Source: the human T2T-CHM13v2.0 reference genome, Homo sapiens
DNA length: 64,000 nt
Strand: one strand, 5' to 3'
NCBI RefSeq assembly: GCF_009914755.1
Contig: NC_060930.1
The translations under genes were made by a program, and so were the position numbers. This document shows positions 14,978 to 29,604 of the stretch, one piece after another (position 1 is the first letter of the stretch; each line of letters opens with the position of its first letter). Under the pieces are notes generated by a model. It saw nothing but the letters and a program-made list of their open reading frames with translations. It had not been told where the DNA came from and did no database searches.

Positions 14978-15871
14978 ATCCTTTAGATAGATTAACCTTG
15001 CTTCAGTTATTCAAATACCCTAAAATTCTTCTCACATAAAAGCTTTTCCAGATGCCCTCTCTCTCCCTACCTCTTTGCCTAGCTATTTCCTATTCATTTG
15101 GGCAGAGGTTTTAGAACCCAAACGTTTTATATTCCTGTGGATTACTTCCCCTTCACAGTACTTTTACTAATTTTAATTAATTATTGATTGATTCTTTCTC
15201 ACTGCATTGTAATCTTTATTATGGCAGAGACTATGTCTGTACACCCATTTATAGCACATCTGACAATTAGTGAATGGTCATTAAGGGTTTATTTAGTAAA
15301 AGAATAAATAAATGGGTAGAAAATAGATGACCATATGGGATTGAGGATATTTTTCTTAAGAAAATGTTTAAATAAGAGGGTCGAGAAAAAATTAGTTTTG
15401 GTAAGAAGCTTAATATTAGTTTATTATTAGACATTTTATCTTTGAGGTGATGGTGGGCCTGCCTATTTAGCCATTGGAAATGTGGAACTGAATGCTGGGA
15501 GAGAAAATTGGGCTGGAAATGTAAAAGTCACTTGCCTAAATACAAGAGTTGAAGGCCTGGGACTGAGTGAGATCTATGCAATAGTATAGTCAGAGACCAG
15601 GTGACAAAATGTGTGCCACCCACCAGATGGGGAGAGAGAAGAGAGAAATCACTAAATAAACCAAGGAGGGGTCACTCAGGGAGACTAAAGTGCTCCCAAA
15701 CTATCTAACATCATGGAAGCCAAGGAAGGAGAATGTCACCAACAGGGTCATGTGATAGGCCCAGTCCAATCAGAAAAATTTGTCATTTAATATCCTGCTA
15801 GAGAAAAAAAGGGTTAACCAGGGTTGGACATAGGTGCAGTCAACATTGTAGAAGAAAAAAAAAAAAAAGAG

Positions 15872-16230
15872 TGCTATGGTTTGAATGTGGTTTCTTCTCC
15901 AAAATTCATGTTGAAACCTAATCACAAAGGTGATGGTATTAGAAGATGGTTGAGTCATGAGGGAACCTCCCTCATGAATTGATTAAGGCCTTATAAAAAG
16001 GGCTTGCAGGAATGGGTTCACTCTCTTCCATTCTTCTGCTATGTGAGAACAGAGTTCACCCCATCTTTCTCTTCCACCTTCTCCCATGTGAGGATGCAGC
16101 AAGAAGGCCCTTACCAGACACCTTGACCATTCACTTCCCAGCCTCCAGAACTGTGAGAAATAAATTTATAATGTTTATAAATTACCCAGTCTGTGGTATT
16201 TTGTTATAGCAGCTCAAACAGACTAAGACA
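15872..16230 (+). mobile_element. MST-family MaLR solo LTR
   Basis: tgctatggtttgaatgt start and aaacagactaagaca end. Confidence 0.9.
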
Positions 16231-16409
16231 GGGAGCAAAGTAGCCTATGAATGAAGGCTTAATCTAAGCGGGAGATCCTGGAGCCCAGGTTGGTTAGCTG
16301 TCATTCTATTCACACAGGCAGGAGTAGATGGGCTTCCTGGGATGGAGGATTTAGTGATCACAGATGGTGATTTGAATAAATGTGCATAAGGCATTGAGAA
16401 GTGCGATGT

Positions 16410-18956
16410 ATGTTTTACAGGTCAGGTTCTCCAAGAAACAGACTGTAAGACTCTGATATTTGTGCACAGGAAGTATTTATTATAAAGTGTTCTTGGGATC
16501 AACACCGGGGAGGAAACAAGGGAAGTAGGACTGACCAAAGCAAAAGGCTGGACTGTGATGAAGGGAAGTATAACAGTGACTTCAGCCAATCCTATAAGGA
16601 GCTCTGAAACTGAGATGGCCCTAGAAATGTCACTATCCTTTCTTTAAACTATATAGATGGGGCAAATCCTTATTTTATAGATTTGTAGAGATAAAGCAAT
16701 TAGCCATTTCCACAACTGCCACCCCTTCAACCTTCTTGCTTATTATAACTGTATCCGTCTGACCTCTATAATTTTGGCATCCTGTCATCCTCACTTCTGT
16801 CAGGGAGTCTAGTCTATAACAGCATCTCTTAATATCACTTCTGGCATAGAGAGGGCAGCCACAATTGAGGTTTTAAAGGTGCTGGTGCCTGTTCCACAAG
16901 CTTATTTCTTATTGTTTTGGTAAATGGAGTGTACTCCAGGCTCTTGTTCAGAAGATATTTGGCTGTTGGTTTTTTTGGCCTTCTATCGTAAATCCACTCT
17001 AGCATGCTCCTTTCTCTGATTTTTTTGATCCCGTCTCCCGCTGTCTGCCCCAGAAGTTCTGGCATTTCTAATTCACTTATTGTGGTCTGACACTTCTCCA
17101 TGTTTCCAAGAGTAATCCCAGGAATGTGTCACCACTGTCTCCCAGAATCCTTGTGAGGATGTGCATCCTGTATCATGAGGAAGTGCTTCTATATCCACAT
17201 TGATAAACATTCCACTATGTAACTTTATTTCCAGTCTCTCTTGATCTAGTACATTCAGGATCCAGGACTGTAAGTACTTCTCAACTCCTACTGATACCTG
17301 CTGGCAAGGTCCTAGCATTCCTTCAGAGTATAGTCCCTGTTCTCTGTAAATAGGCTCAGCATTACTCTGGCTGGGTTATATTATGACTTAACCATAGTTA
17401 CCATTGGTCAGGTGGTCAGAAAGAAAGGTGAGGTAATATCTTATGAGAATACTGAATCTGTCTTCAGATGAGGACACCTAGCCTTTAACACAAAGGAATG
17501 AGCTATTTTGGCTGAGAGAGTTCAAGGTAATCTGGGTATTTAACCTTTCTGAATGCATAGACTTACATATTCTTATCCCATGTCTCAAGGTTCCGAGCCT
17601 TCTCAACTCAAGCTCTGATCTTGGTGGAGCAGGGTTACTGAAGTTGAGAATTAAATCAACTAAAATGTTTTATTACTATTAGAATTCAGACCTGGGTCTG
17701 AATTTCATCTTTTTTTCTGTTTTCCAGCTGCAGGAGATGAGGCTCTTTTTTACATGCTCCTATCTTCATCTGTTTTGTGCTGCTATAACAAAATAACTGA
17801 GACTGGATAACTTATAAAGAACAGAAACATATTTTCTTATAGTTCTGGAGGGTTGGAAGTCCAAGATCAAGGTGCTTATAGGTTTGGTTGTCTGGTGAGG
17901 GCTGGTTTCTGCTTTTAAGATGGTGCATTATTGCTGCATCCTACAGAGGAGAGGAATGTTGTGTCTTTACAGGGCAAAAGGTGGAAGGGGAAGGACAAGC
18001 TAACTGAATGTTAGGTGTAGCTTCTTTTCTATGAACTTTGATCCCATTAACGAAGACAAAATCCTCATGGCTAATCACCTCGTAAAGGCCCACCTCTTAA
18101 TACTATCACACTGGCAACACCTGAATTTTGGAAAGAACACATTCAAACTATATCAGCCACCAAGGAGGTCCTTTGACTTTTACACCTAGACATTATTGGT
18201 GATTAATCACCCTAAGGCACTCAATGTCTTTCTCCAATGCATCAGTGAAACCTAACAGAAACCATCCGATTCCATAGTCTTCATAGTTATACTTCTCCCG
18301 TGCCTCTCAAATGCCTGGGATATTGCACTCATAAGTGAAGTCCTGTCTGTTGGTGTCCCATCCCAGCTCACTACCAATACAAATTGTAACAATTGCATTA
18401 TTGCTAAATGGCAGGGGCTATACATATTCTGCCTACAATTAGTGATAGGTTCTTCATTGTCAGCTGGCCAGCAGGTGATTCAGCTCCACAATTACATTTC
18501 TGAGTCTACTTTATTGAACCATTTATGGTAGAAACTGTTGAAGTTCAGGTTCCCAGGGAAACATATTCTGAAACTCTATGATTAGCATGCAGGAGGTTTA
18601 CTGTGGTATACTTTAGAGAACACCTGTGATGGAGAAAGAAAATATGAATTGGGCAGGAAGAAAATTTAGCTGCCACACAGCTGCAACTGTAAACTCCACC
18701 AATTGCGCAGGGACCTCTAAGGTTAAGATGCCCTCCTCCTTATACCAAATGAAAAGGCTGATTATTTGTAATTTTGCAATATTAGCCAGTCATTGAACAA
18801 GAACACTTCTTCTCAGAAGGGTATATAAGGCAAGAGTGCTTTCTTAGTCTCAGGACACAGCTGTGATTTGTGATCAGCCAAACTAGTGGCCTCAGCGGTG
18901 ATATGTACTTCAGTTCTGAAGGGGGATCTCAGTGAAATATGACAACATCCACTACA
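16410..18956 (-). mobile_element. Degenerate ERVL-class provirus: LTR16/LTR33-like LTRs (~18536-18956; partial ~16410-16630) flanking gag remnants
   Basis: Minus ORF 16835-17101 (ELEMPELL...GIKKIRERSMLEWIY) resembles ERVL Gag. The LTR ends catccactaca (reverse of TGTAGTGGATG). Both flanks share the caggttc(t/c)c(c)a(a/g)gaaaca motif. Confidence 0.7.
17761..18155 (-). mobile_element. MST-family MaLR solo LTR inserted into the ERVL internal region
   Basis: tgctgctataacaaaataactgagactgg...gttctggag...aagtccaagatcaagg...attcaaactatatca. Confidence 0.85.
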
Positions 18957-19569
18957 GTATAGATTCCATTGGAAAAATCAGAAGGTACTACATGTAAGAT
19001 TTCTGAAGTACAGTTGACTGAAAAATATAACGTTAAGTTTATGGATTGAGGAAAACATGCAGAAAGTTAAGTCTAGAAGGAAATGGAGATAATATGTTGC
19101 CATGGATATCAGAATTCCCAAAGACTTCATGAGACTAGTGATTTCATGACTATGATTTTGTTAATTCTATTATGCTCATCTATATCTTGCAGTAGGATCA
19201 TTATTGTTATACTATACTCACTGCATAGTTTGTACTATAACAGAGAAGGGATAAAATATATAACTTAAACATTACATGGATGAAATGTATTTTGGTGTAG
19301 AATGAAATGATGTGTTATTTTCAACATCAACTGCATAGAATGTGCCTACCTATCAACAGCCACAGGCCAACTTTTGAATCAGTACCTGTGGCCAAGGTAA
19401 TACTATACACTATGGTGAGAAAAAGACAGTTCACAGCATGGCTTAGGCAACTAAGTCCCAATTCTGAAACTAGGGTCAACCCCCAAAGCCACACATTTAT
19501 AGGGGTAAAATAGATGTAGATGCGAGCACTATTCGATGTAAATATGAACTAAGATAAATGGCAACTTTT

Positions 19570-20850
<1,281 letters not shown>

Positions 20851-20926
20851 TAATTAGGTTTTTTTCTTCTTTTTCTTTTTTTCTTTTCTCAAGCTTATGG
20901 TCAACCAGGAGATAAATGATCAGCTT

Positions 20927-21083
20927 TGATTCAAATAAATTTGCTAGGTTAATATTTCTGGTTTTCCTTAACATACCTTTTCATTATATGATACTCTTAC
21001 TTCATGATTCAAATAAATTTGCTAGGTTAATATTTCTGGTTTTCCTTAACATACCTTTTCATTATATGATACTCTTACTTCAT
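20927..21083 (+). repeat. Perfect 78-bp tandem duplication
   Basis: 20927-21004 is identical to 21005-21082; reflected in the repeated peptide of ORF 20916-21107. Confidence 0.97.
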
Positions 21084-21832
21084 AAAAGAATTCTTAAACT
21101 CTGTTAAATTCTGCCTGCCATATATTGTTCACTACCTTTTTGTACTTTAGAATGTTGGAGATTTCTAGATCCTTAAACACTACTGGTGAAATATGTAATT
21201 TTACAAAGTAGGAAACTGAGGCCTCGGAATATTAAGTAATTTGTTCAAGATCACACCATCAGTGTGGAACCAGAATCCAGACAACCAGTCTCTTGGTTCA
21301 GTACCCTTTTTCATACCACTGTGTCTTGTGAAACTGTATGCGTGTAACCACACAGGTATGTGTGGTTGATGAATGGTTTTAGGTTTAATACTTCTTTAGC
21401 ACCTTAGCCTTCCAGTACCATTAATTGAAAGAATAATAAAACATCACATATCATTATTTAAACTTACACAGCATTGCAAGTTCCATCTAGCTGGATCCCT
21501 GGGGACATACAAAGCTAAGGGAGTGGGGATAGGGTGACCAGGGATAAATAGGGTAGATGTAAAATTCAGTCAGTAGAAAGGTGAGTGGAGCCTTTGAACT
21601 GCTCAGTTTTGAAGATAGAGAGAAATAGAGAGAAGTAAATCTAGGGAAAAGAGAATACCTTTAGAAATGGATACTCCCATGAGGTAATAAACTGGGAAAA
21701 ACTTAACTGCTTGATAGCTTTTCCTTGAACTAAAATAAGGTCACATATAGCATTCAATTTAAATTCCTTCCCTTATATTTTGCAGTTTGCTTTGGTTCCT
21801 ACTATATTTTTGATAAAGTCTGATATATTCAC

Positions 21833-22189
21833 TGCTATGGTCCAGATGTTTGTGTGCCCCCAAAATGTATATGTTGAAACCCAGTCCCCGATGTGATCAT
21901 GTGAAGAGGTGAAGTCTTCAGGAGGTATATCATGGAGAGAGCCCTCATGAATAGGCTTGGTGCCCTTAAAAAGAAGCATGAGGGAGCTTGTTTGCTTCTT
22001 CTGTCTTGTGGGAATGCAACAAGATGAGACCTTCAATGAACCAGAAGATGATTCTCACCAGACAACAATTCTCCTGTCACCTTGATCTTGGACTTCTCAG
22101 TCTTCGGAACTCTCAGAAATGAATTTATGTTGTTTATAAGCTACCCACTCTATAATATTTTGTTGTTGCAGCCCAAATGAACTAAGACA
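21833..22189 (+). mobile_element. MST/MLT1A-type MaLR solo LTR
   Basis: tgctatggt start, gaactaagaca end; 5-bp TSD ttcac/ctcac. Confidence 0.88.
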
Positions 22190-23887
22190 CTCACCTTGAT
22201 AAAGTCTGAGATACTCTCCTAACTCTCTGTGGAGATGGTAGATGGAAATAAGAGTCAAGACCAGGTGAAAATGGCCTTATCTTTCTTACCCCTTCACTAT
22301 AATGGTTCTGAAGCACCATAAACCAGGATGCTGAGGGTCTGTAATCTCCAAGTTCCAGTTGATCTTGAGGAAATTGTGCAGTTGGCCATGGCAGAGAGAA
22401 GATAAAGACGGCCAGAGAAGTAGCAGGAAGCAGGCAGTCCAACTAAGAGAATACATGAGACAGCACACTCTGCTTGCTTCCCTCTTCAAAAATACTAGAG
22501 GGAGATAACCACATGAGGAGAAATCGGATTTTATATCACTAAAGAAGGAATTATGTAATATCAGCTGAATATGAAGATAAGTAAAACTCAAATCAGACTA
22601 AAACATAAAAAATAAGGTATCAGTGGATTTTAGGTATCCAATTTATCAAAGAACTGTAGAGAGTAATGGTACTTGTAGTCAATAAAGGGAGATTTGAATT
22701 GGGGACTTTTGGAAATGATACAGTTTATACCAGAGTCTAGGGAATGGCCATGAAAATGGATGCTGAATGGAGTAGATTTGAGAAAATTGAGATATGCAGT
22801 GATCAAGGTATTAGATGGATCATCTATGGGGATGTTGAATATATTTCCCATGAGAGCAGATCTTGGGGTGAAAAGGAAGACTGTGAACTAAAGTCTTTGG
22901 TAAATGAGATCAGGGCGTGGTAGAACAATTCTGAAAAGGAGAAAGGGGTGTATGCAACAGAGTAGAACACATTGTACAAATTGGAAGGAGAATAATAATC
23001 TGAAAGCTGCACTACTTGAGGGACCAAGGAAAATACTTGGTCTATCTCCTGGTGCTGTGAAACAGAAGATGAAGGACAATGATCTACATCAGTCATGCTA
23101 ATATAATAGAACCCCAAAGGATATTAATAATGCATACCCATTGTTAGAAGAAAAAATATGATAATGCATCTAGAACATTTAACAAAGGCCAGGAACATTT
23201 AATAGGCTCAGTACATGTTATTACTTTTATGCAAAAGCTGGGTATATTTAAAGGAAATATAACTTTCCATCTTACAGCTAAGAAAATTCAAACTCAGGGA
23301 GATTAAGTGACTTGCTCAAGTCTGTAGGCCTGATTAGTGCCTGAATAAGGAGCCAAATCCCTGTATTCCTCTATCAGATTTCCTCTTTGCCTGCAAGGGC
23401 TGTGCCATTATGGATAGAAAGGAGTTTTGTCTAGGGCTTCTTTGTGTGGGGTTGGATTGCCCATCTCAAAGTAGACAGTGGAAAAGAGGAAAATAGTCAA
23501 AAAATCTTCCCAGGAAACAGTCTCAGGGTTTCAAATTAGAGCATTCTAGGACGGAGTGTTTATTTAAATCTGATTTTTAAGTATCTCTGTTTAAATCAAA
23601 CATTATTTTAATAAAAATATAATTAATAAAGATTAAATCTAGTAATTGTGTTTTCCAACTTACTAAAAAACTAGTGCTTATGAAATAATCTAGCCTTAGA
23701 AATTATTACCCAAATCCATTTCCACTTAGGAAAGTGAATGTTTTTAGCTTTTTAGATGGTAAAGGTAACATTTTCTTTTAAAGTCAATTTAATATGTCAT
23801 ATTCTCAAGCAGAGATCCATCATAACTGGAGAAGAATCTTACTCAAAAGCTGGACTGGGGAGAATGAGCTCAAGACTTTGGCACTTC

Positions 23888-24052
23888 AGCTGGGCTCAGT
23901 GGCTCACCCTGTAATCCCGGTACTTTGAAAGGCCAAGGTGGAAGGATCCCCTGAGGCCAGCAGTTCGAGACTAGCCTCTGCAACATAGCAAGACCCCATC
24001 TCAATACATACATACATACATACATACATACATACATACATACATACATGCA
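23888..24052 (+). mobile_element. FLAM/AluJ left monomer with (TACA)n tail
   Basis: Single Alu monomer followed by ~11 ATAC units; flanks agactttggcacttca / agtctttggcacttca form the TSD. Confidence 0.88.
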
Positions 24053-24694
24053 TAAAAAGTCTTTGGCACTTCAGTTCATCCAGCATTAACTTGCAGAAGA
24101 CACTCTCAGAAGACTAAAGCCAATAAATTGTTAACATATCTAAAATGAAGACTCTTCATATCAGATAAAATCAAAATTAAATAACTCACAAGAAATTAAT
24201 GAATGCAAAAAAAAGGAAATTGGAAGAGAATAGAATGTGGAGAAATTATTCTAAAACATTGCCAATTAAACATGGTAAGTTTGACTAATATGGAAGGTGA
24301 TCAGCCTGAAAAGAATGCACAGAGGCTGTGAACTCTGATTTTGAATCAGGAGACAAGTATTGAAGAAAAATACCTCAAACTAAAAATAGCTAAGAATGTT
24401 AATCCTTGGAGGAAGTATATCCATGGCTGGTATGACCAACCAGAAAAGAACAGAATTATGTCCCTTATTCTAGGTCCAAGGACAAAAACATTCCCACTGA
24501 TTGAATTCCTCATGAAATAAATTACAATAGTGGAAACTTACCAAAAATCAGATTAAAATAGGTATTTGGCTGAATTTAAGCCAAAATATGATATCTAGTT
24601 TCAGCCAAATACATTCAGTGAAATCTCTTCAGAGCCAAATGTTCTTTGAAGCCAAAAGCCTGTATTTTTGCAAATTACTATAACTGTGTATAAA

Positions 24695-24827
24695 TAGGGT
24701 GGCAATATAATCTATCATACAAACTAGGACACTTTTAAGTGAAAGGAGGTGCTGCTGATAATTAATGCCAGTACAACAGGGTCTAACTCAGATGGTCCTG
24801 GAAAAATCAAGACATATGATTACCTTA
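24695..24827. mobile_element. MER94-like hAT-Blackjack MITE
   Basis: tagggtggcaatata...caaactaggacacttt...catatgattacctta with inverted termini, ~130 bp. Confidence 0.6.
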
Positions 24828-25399
24828 TATGTTAAGCATTTTATTGTTTAATATATTATGGTGGTGCTCACAAAAGAGTGCTGAAAAATCATAGGTGGAT
24901 GTGATGATAACTTAAGTCAAAACTCTAGGATTTGAGTTCATTGGTTAGCCAAGATTCCATCTCATTAGGTATTGCAGACATTCTGAAATAATTTATTTCA
25001 AAACTTTCTAGAAATTAAAAACAATTATAGCTTGTGTGTACAAAATCTTGAAACCACAAATCTGTTACTGGCTTATTTTTTGGAGTAGAAATTAATTAGT
25101 ACCTTGTTCTTAGTTCTTATGTGAATGTGCATGTGTGCACAAATTTCTACTGATTAGACATTAATGGAATCTTCACTTTTCCCATCATCAAGAGAGCTGC
25201 AAAGCCCCTTTCAGTCTTCAAGCCAATCTTTGATAGAATTTTCAAAAGAAAAAGAAACATTGCTTTTTTAAATTTTAGGGGAAAAAATTGGCCAGAGAAA
25301 TCAATTAACAAATTAAATTCAAACATATTTCTCCTTTTGAAAGTTTTGCTGCTGATGATGATAGTAATGATGATGATGACAAAATGATGATGAAAGGCT

Positions 25400-26170
25400 C
25401 TTGATATCCCTAACTCACCACCTGTTCCTTCTCAGCACACACCCAAATTCCCCATCTCACCATATGGAACTACGACCAACTGACTTACTGCTCGAACCAA
25501 ACAAGGAATCGTAATTGATCTTCTCTTCATACACTCCATGCCTCATCACTCAACAGATCTCCAGGCTCTATTTGCAAAGCACATCTTGCATGTGTCCACT
25601 TTTCTCCATTCATATCACACTACACCAGCCCAAGCCACTTTAATTTCTCCTAACCAGAGTTCCTATTTCTGCACTCCTTTGCTGCCACAGTTTTCTTGCC
25701 ACCCACAGAAGGTATAATCTTTTCCAAAATGCAAAGCGTATCGTTTAACTTCTTACTTAAGCTCTTCAGTGGCTTCCCATTGTACAAGAATAAAATTTCA
25801 CTCCTTGACCTGGCTGACCAGGCCCTCTGCGAGCTCATCTCCTGCCATTTTCTCCTCCCTTCGCAATGGTCCTGCCTCATTGGCCTACTTTCTGTTCCTC
25901 CAGAACACTACTCTTTCCTGACTCAGGGCTTTGTCTTTAGCTTTCCTCTGCTTGTAACACTCCGTGTTGAGCTCTTCTTAGGCTAGTTCCTTTTTATCCT
26001 TCAAAACTCTGCCCTACAGGACCCCTTCTTAAGATTTCCATGGCTACCTATTTTCCCAACAGTTAGGCTTTATTATATCTGGCAAGTTTTTTCTGGAGTA
26101 ATTATTACACACTAATTGTTCTTGTGTGTTTATTTATTTATGCCTATTTTCTCCAATTTCATTGTCAGCA
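25400..26170 (-). mobile_element. L2 fragment
   Basis: Pyrimidine-rich antisense L2 motifs (cttaagctcttcagtggcttcccattg; ctcagggctttg). Confidence 0.6.
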
Positions 26171-26177
26171 TCTAGAG

Positions 26178-26422
26178 CAAGGGTCAACAAACTTTTTTCT
26201 ATAAAGAGGCAGATTGTAAATATTTTAGGCTTTATGAGACATATGGCTTCTGTTGCATCTGCTCAACTCTACCCCTATAGCATGAAAGCAGCTGTCGACA
26301 ATACATAAAACAATTGGTGTGGCTGTGCTCCAATGAAACATTATTTACAAAAAAAAAAAAAAAAAAAAAACAGTCATTTGGCTAAATTTGGCTTGTAGGC
26401 CATAGTTTTGTCAGTCCTCTGT
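26178..26422. mobile_element. MER58A (hAT-Charlie) with internal poly(A) expansion
   Basis: caagggtcaacaaacttttttct...gtaaatattttaggc...ggccatagtttt. Confidence 0.85.
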
Positions 26423-26665
26423 AGGGCCCTTATATGCTTTTTTCCCTACCATATCACCCTCAGCACCTCACACAAAGCAGGTGTTTGGGAAATACCGAAA
26501 GAATGAATGAATGGAGTTCCTTCTATTTTCCAAGCACTATATACATATTCACAACCTTTCATCCCTACTAAATCCCTGGAAGCTAATCATTTTTATTTCC
26601 ATGTCACAGAAGAGTAAAATAAGGCTCAGAAAAGTTTATGAATTCATCAAAACTTACACAGCTAT

Positions 26666-27118
26666 TGCATTAGTTTCCTAGGGCTGCCATAACAAAGTAC
26701 CCCACACTGTGTGGCTTAAAACAACAGAAATGTATCCTCTCACAGTTGTTGAGGATAGGAGTCCAAAATCAAGATGTCAGCAGGATCATGCTCTCTCCAA
26801 AGTCTCCCGGGGAGAATGATTCCTTGCCCCTTCTAGCTTCTGGTGGCTCCCGCCATTCCTAGGCTTGTGACAACATAACTCCATTTTCTGCCTGTGTCTC
26901 CACATGGCCTTCTTTCCTTAGTGTCTCTCTGTGTCTTCATATGTGGCCTTCCCTGTGTGTCTGTGTGTTCTTTCCATTTATAAAATGCCAGTCATTGGGT
27001 TCAGCACCCATCCTAATCCAATATGAGTGCATTTTAACTATTTTCAATCTGTATGGTCACTTTCTGTGTTTCTGGATGAACATGGTTTTGTAGGAGGGAT
27101 AGTATTCACTCTGCTACA
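26666..27118 (-). mobile_element. MLT1B/C MaLR solo LTR inserted in a MIR
   Basis: tgcattagtttcctagggctgccataacaaagtacc start; perfect 5-bp TSD gctat. Confidence 0.88.
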
Positions 27119-28086
27119 GCTATAAAGTGGTAGTGTGAGGGTCTGAACCTAACACCATGTCAATAATTTTTTATTCTGAAGTTATTACCTCAGCTATTAA
27201 GTTAAATTAACAATTAACAGTAGTGTCAAACTTTAGAGTTATTTTGAGAAAAGATGATGTGAGAGCATCAGTGGAAAGGAGAGCGAAATACCTACCTTTC
27301 AGGAGCTTTGTGTATGTCATAGTTTCTGACTAATATCCTAAAAATAATGTTACTGTTGAATTTAAGGGCATTTGATACATATTTTATGACTAGAGATTTA
27401 AGATGTGTTTCTACAGATATCATTGGTTGAACAAGGATAATCACATCCAAAGTTTCCTGTTTCTTTGATTAATATCTTTGCATACTAGGCCTGTAACTCA
27501 AGGTTTTTCCCAAAGCTTGTCTAAAGCGTGTTTCCTCCATCAGGGAAGAACATAATTCTATGGTCTAATCCATTTGGGAAATGCCAAACCAAACCAGGTA
27601 AGACAGATTTCTTTCCTGCAGTGAATACTTGCTTGTTAGCATTGTTTTTATTTATTAAGGTGTAAGAGAGAGGTATTATGAACATTTTTCCACACTGATT
27701 GAGCATTTTCAGAAACTAATCTGTGCTACACACTTTGGCACACCTACTTTGGGTATTTGCTCACTTATCTAAGTGCAGATAAGTTCTCTTTTTCTGGAGG
27801 TAAATCTGTGAAGACACTTCTCTTGGGTTTTAGAAATTGGTTCTGAACCCCTCTGTAATGGATGAGATTCCTGATAGAAGAGGAGACACTGATGGGCTGA
27901 ATCAAGGCTCTACTAATTTACTCATTTACTCATTCATTTATGCACTCATTTATTTCACAAAGACACATGGAGCCCAGGGAAATAACTATAAAGATGACTG
28001 AGACATAGATTTCTCTTCATTAAGTTATCCAGATAATACACATCAATCATCATTTCTTACAGTAATTTTAATGAATGGAAACCACA

Positions 28087-28481
28087 TATTATGGACTGAA
28101 TTGTATCCCTCTCAAATTCATATGTCTGAGTCCTATCCTCCAGTACCTTAGCATGTGACTGCATTTGGAGATAGGGTCCACATTAAAGAGATAATTAAGG
28201 TTAAATAAAGGAGGGTCCCTAATCCAATAAAACTAGTGCCCTTATAAGTAGAGGGAGAGACACCAGGGATGCATGTGCACAGATGAAAGGCCATGTGAGG
28301 ACACAGCAAGAAGGTGGCCAAAACAAGCCTAAGTAAGAGAGAGGCCTTGGGAGAAATCAAACCTGTTGACACCTAGATCTTGGATTTCTAGCCTCCAGAA
28401 CTGGGAGAGAATAATAATTTCTGTTATTTAAGCTACCCGGTCTGTGGTATTTTGTAATGACAATTGGAGCAAATTAAAGCA
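28087..28481 (+). mobile_element. MLT1B MaLR solo LTR
   Basis: ttatggactgaattgt...aaattcatatg...gcctccagaactg...gtctgtggtattttgt. Confidence 0.85.
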
Positions 28482-28979
28482 CTGCTGTTACTTGTTCATT
28501 AGGTCCTTGACTTCAAGAGCTTTCCTCAGCTAGTTCTAATGTCTACTGAAGCTTTATAATTCCTTTACTTGTATTTTAGAAGAATTTTATTAGAACCAAC
28601 TAGATTGTAAACCTCTTGAGAACAGGGAATTTGTCCATTGTATCGCTGCATTTCCTGACTGACTGACAGAGAGAAAAGCATCTGGTAGAACAAATATGTC
28701 ATCTACATTTCTACTTCCTTCTGTATATTAATAATTGAGGGATGACCTAATACATCTCTTGGAAAGAGAAAGAAATAAGAAAAAGAGAACTACAAAGTGT
28801 TAAGCCCATAGTTAGATGCTTCACACGTCTTCTTATTTAATACTTTTCTTCTATTGTGAGATAAATATCTTTATCCCCATTTTGCAGATGAAGAAACAGA
28901 GTTCAGAGAGGTTAAGTGATTTGGCCAAGATCATAAAATCATAAAATGTCAATGATTGCTTAATTATAGGAAAGGGGAA

Positions 28980-29500
28980 ATCTGGCTGTACAGCAGAGCT
29001 TATGAAAAATAACTGAAACTTTTAGTGGACTACATGTTTATTTCAGTGACATTCTTATAAGTGATATGGCCATCAAAAAGTTAGAGCAATATTAAGTTAC
29101 ACAAATAAAAATAATGACTATACTGCGTTATTGGGCATTCACTAAATGTCAGGCACTGTTCTTGGTTACACATATTCTTGATACATATTCTGGAAGGCTA
29201 GTGAAAAAAATTTAAGTGTCTTCAAAGGCAGATGACCAAATGATCAGTCTTTAAAATGAGGCTATACTGGTTGGATAAACTGTGAAGATTTACTCTGGAG
29301 AAGATTGAAGAGGACATGATAACTGTGTCAAATATTTGAAAGGTTTCCAGTAAGAAGAGGGAGTTAGATGTAGCAATGGAATTCAGAGGAAGTGAACCTT
29401 CCACTACTGAAAGTATTCAAATAGATGTGTCCATGTAGAAGCAACTCCTGCATTTTATGGGAAATCAACTAAAGTCTTAAGTTCCTTAAACTTGAAGATT
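28980..29500 (+). mobile_element. Ancient L3/CR1 LINE fragment
   Basis: ctggagaagattgaagaggacatgataactgtgtcaaatatttgaaagg and ccttccactactgaaagtattcaa resemble the CR1 3' end. Confidence 0.55.
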
Positions 29501-29604
29501 TTAAGATTAATAAATATCATCATCCTAGTCATTTTCTTCTCCATTAACAAAGTTAGGCTTGGAGGAAAAAAAATGAGTGCTGACTTCCTTCTGGAGCTAT
29601 TCTA

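Noticed and set aside
27000-27020. TTCAGCACC RE1 left half-site
   Set aside because: Inside an MLT1 LTR and lacks the GGACAG right half.
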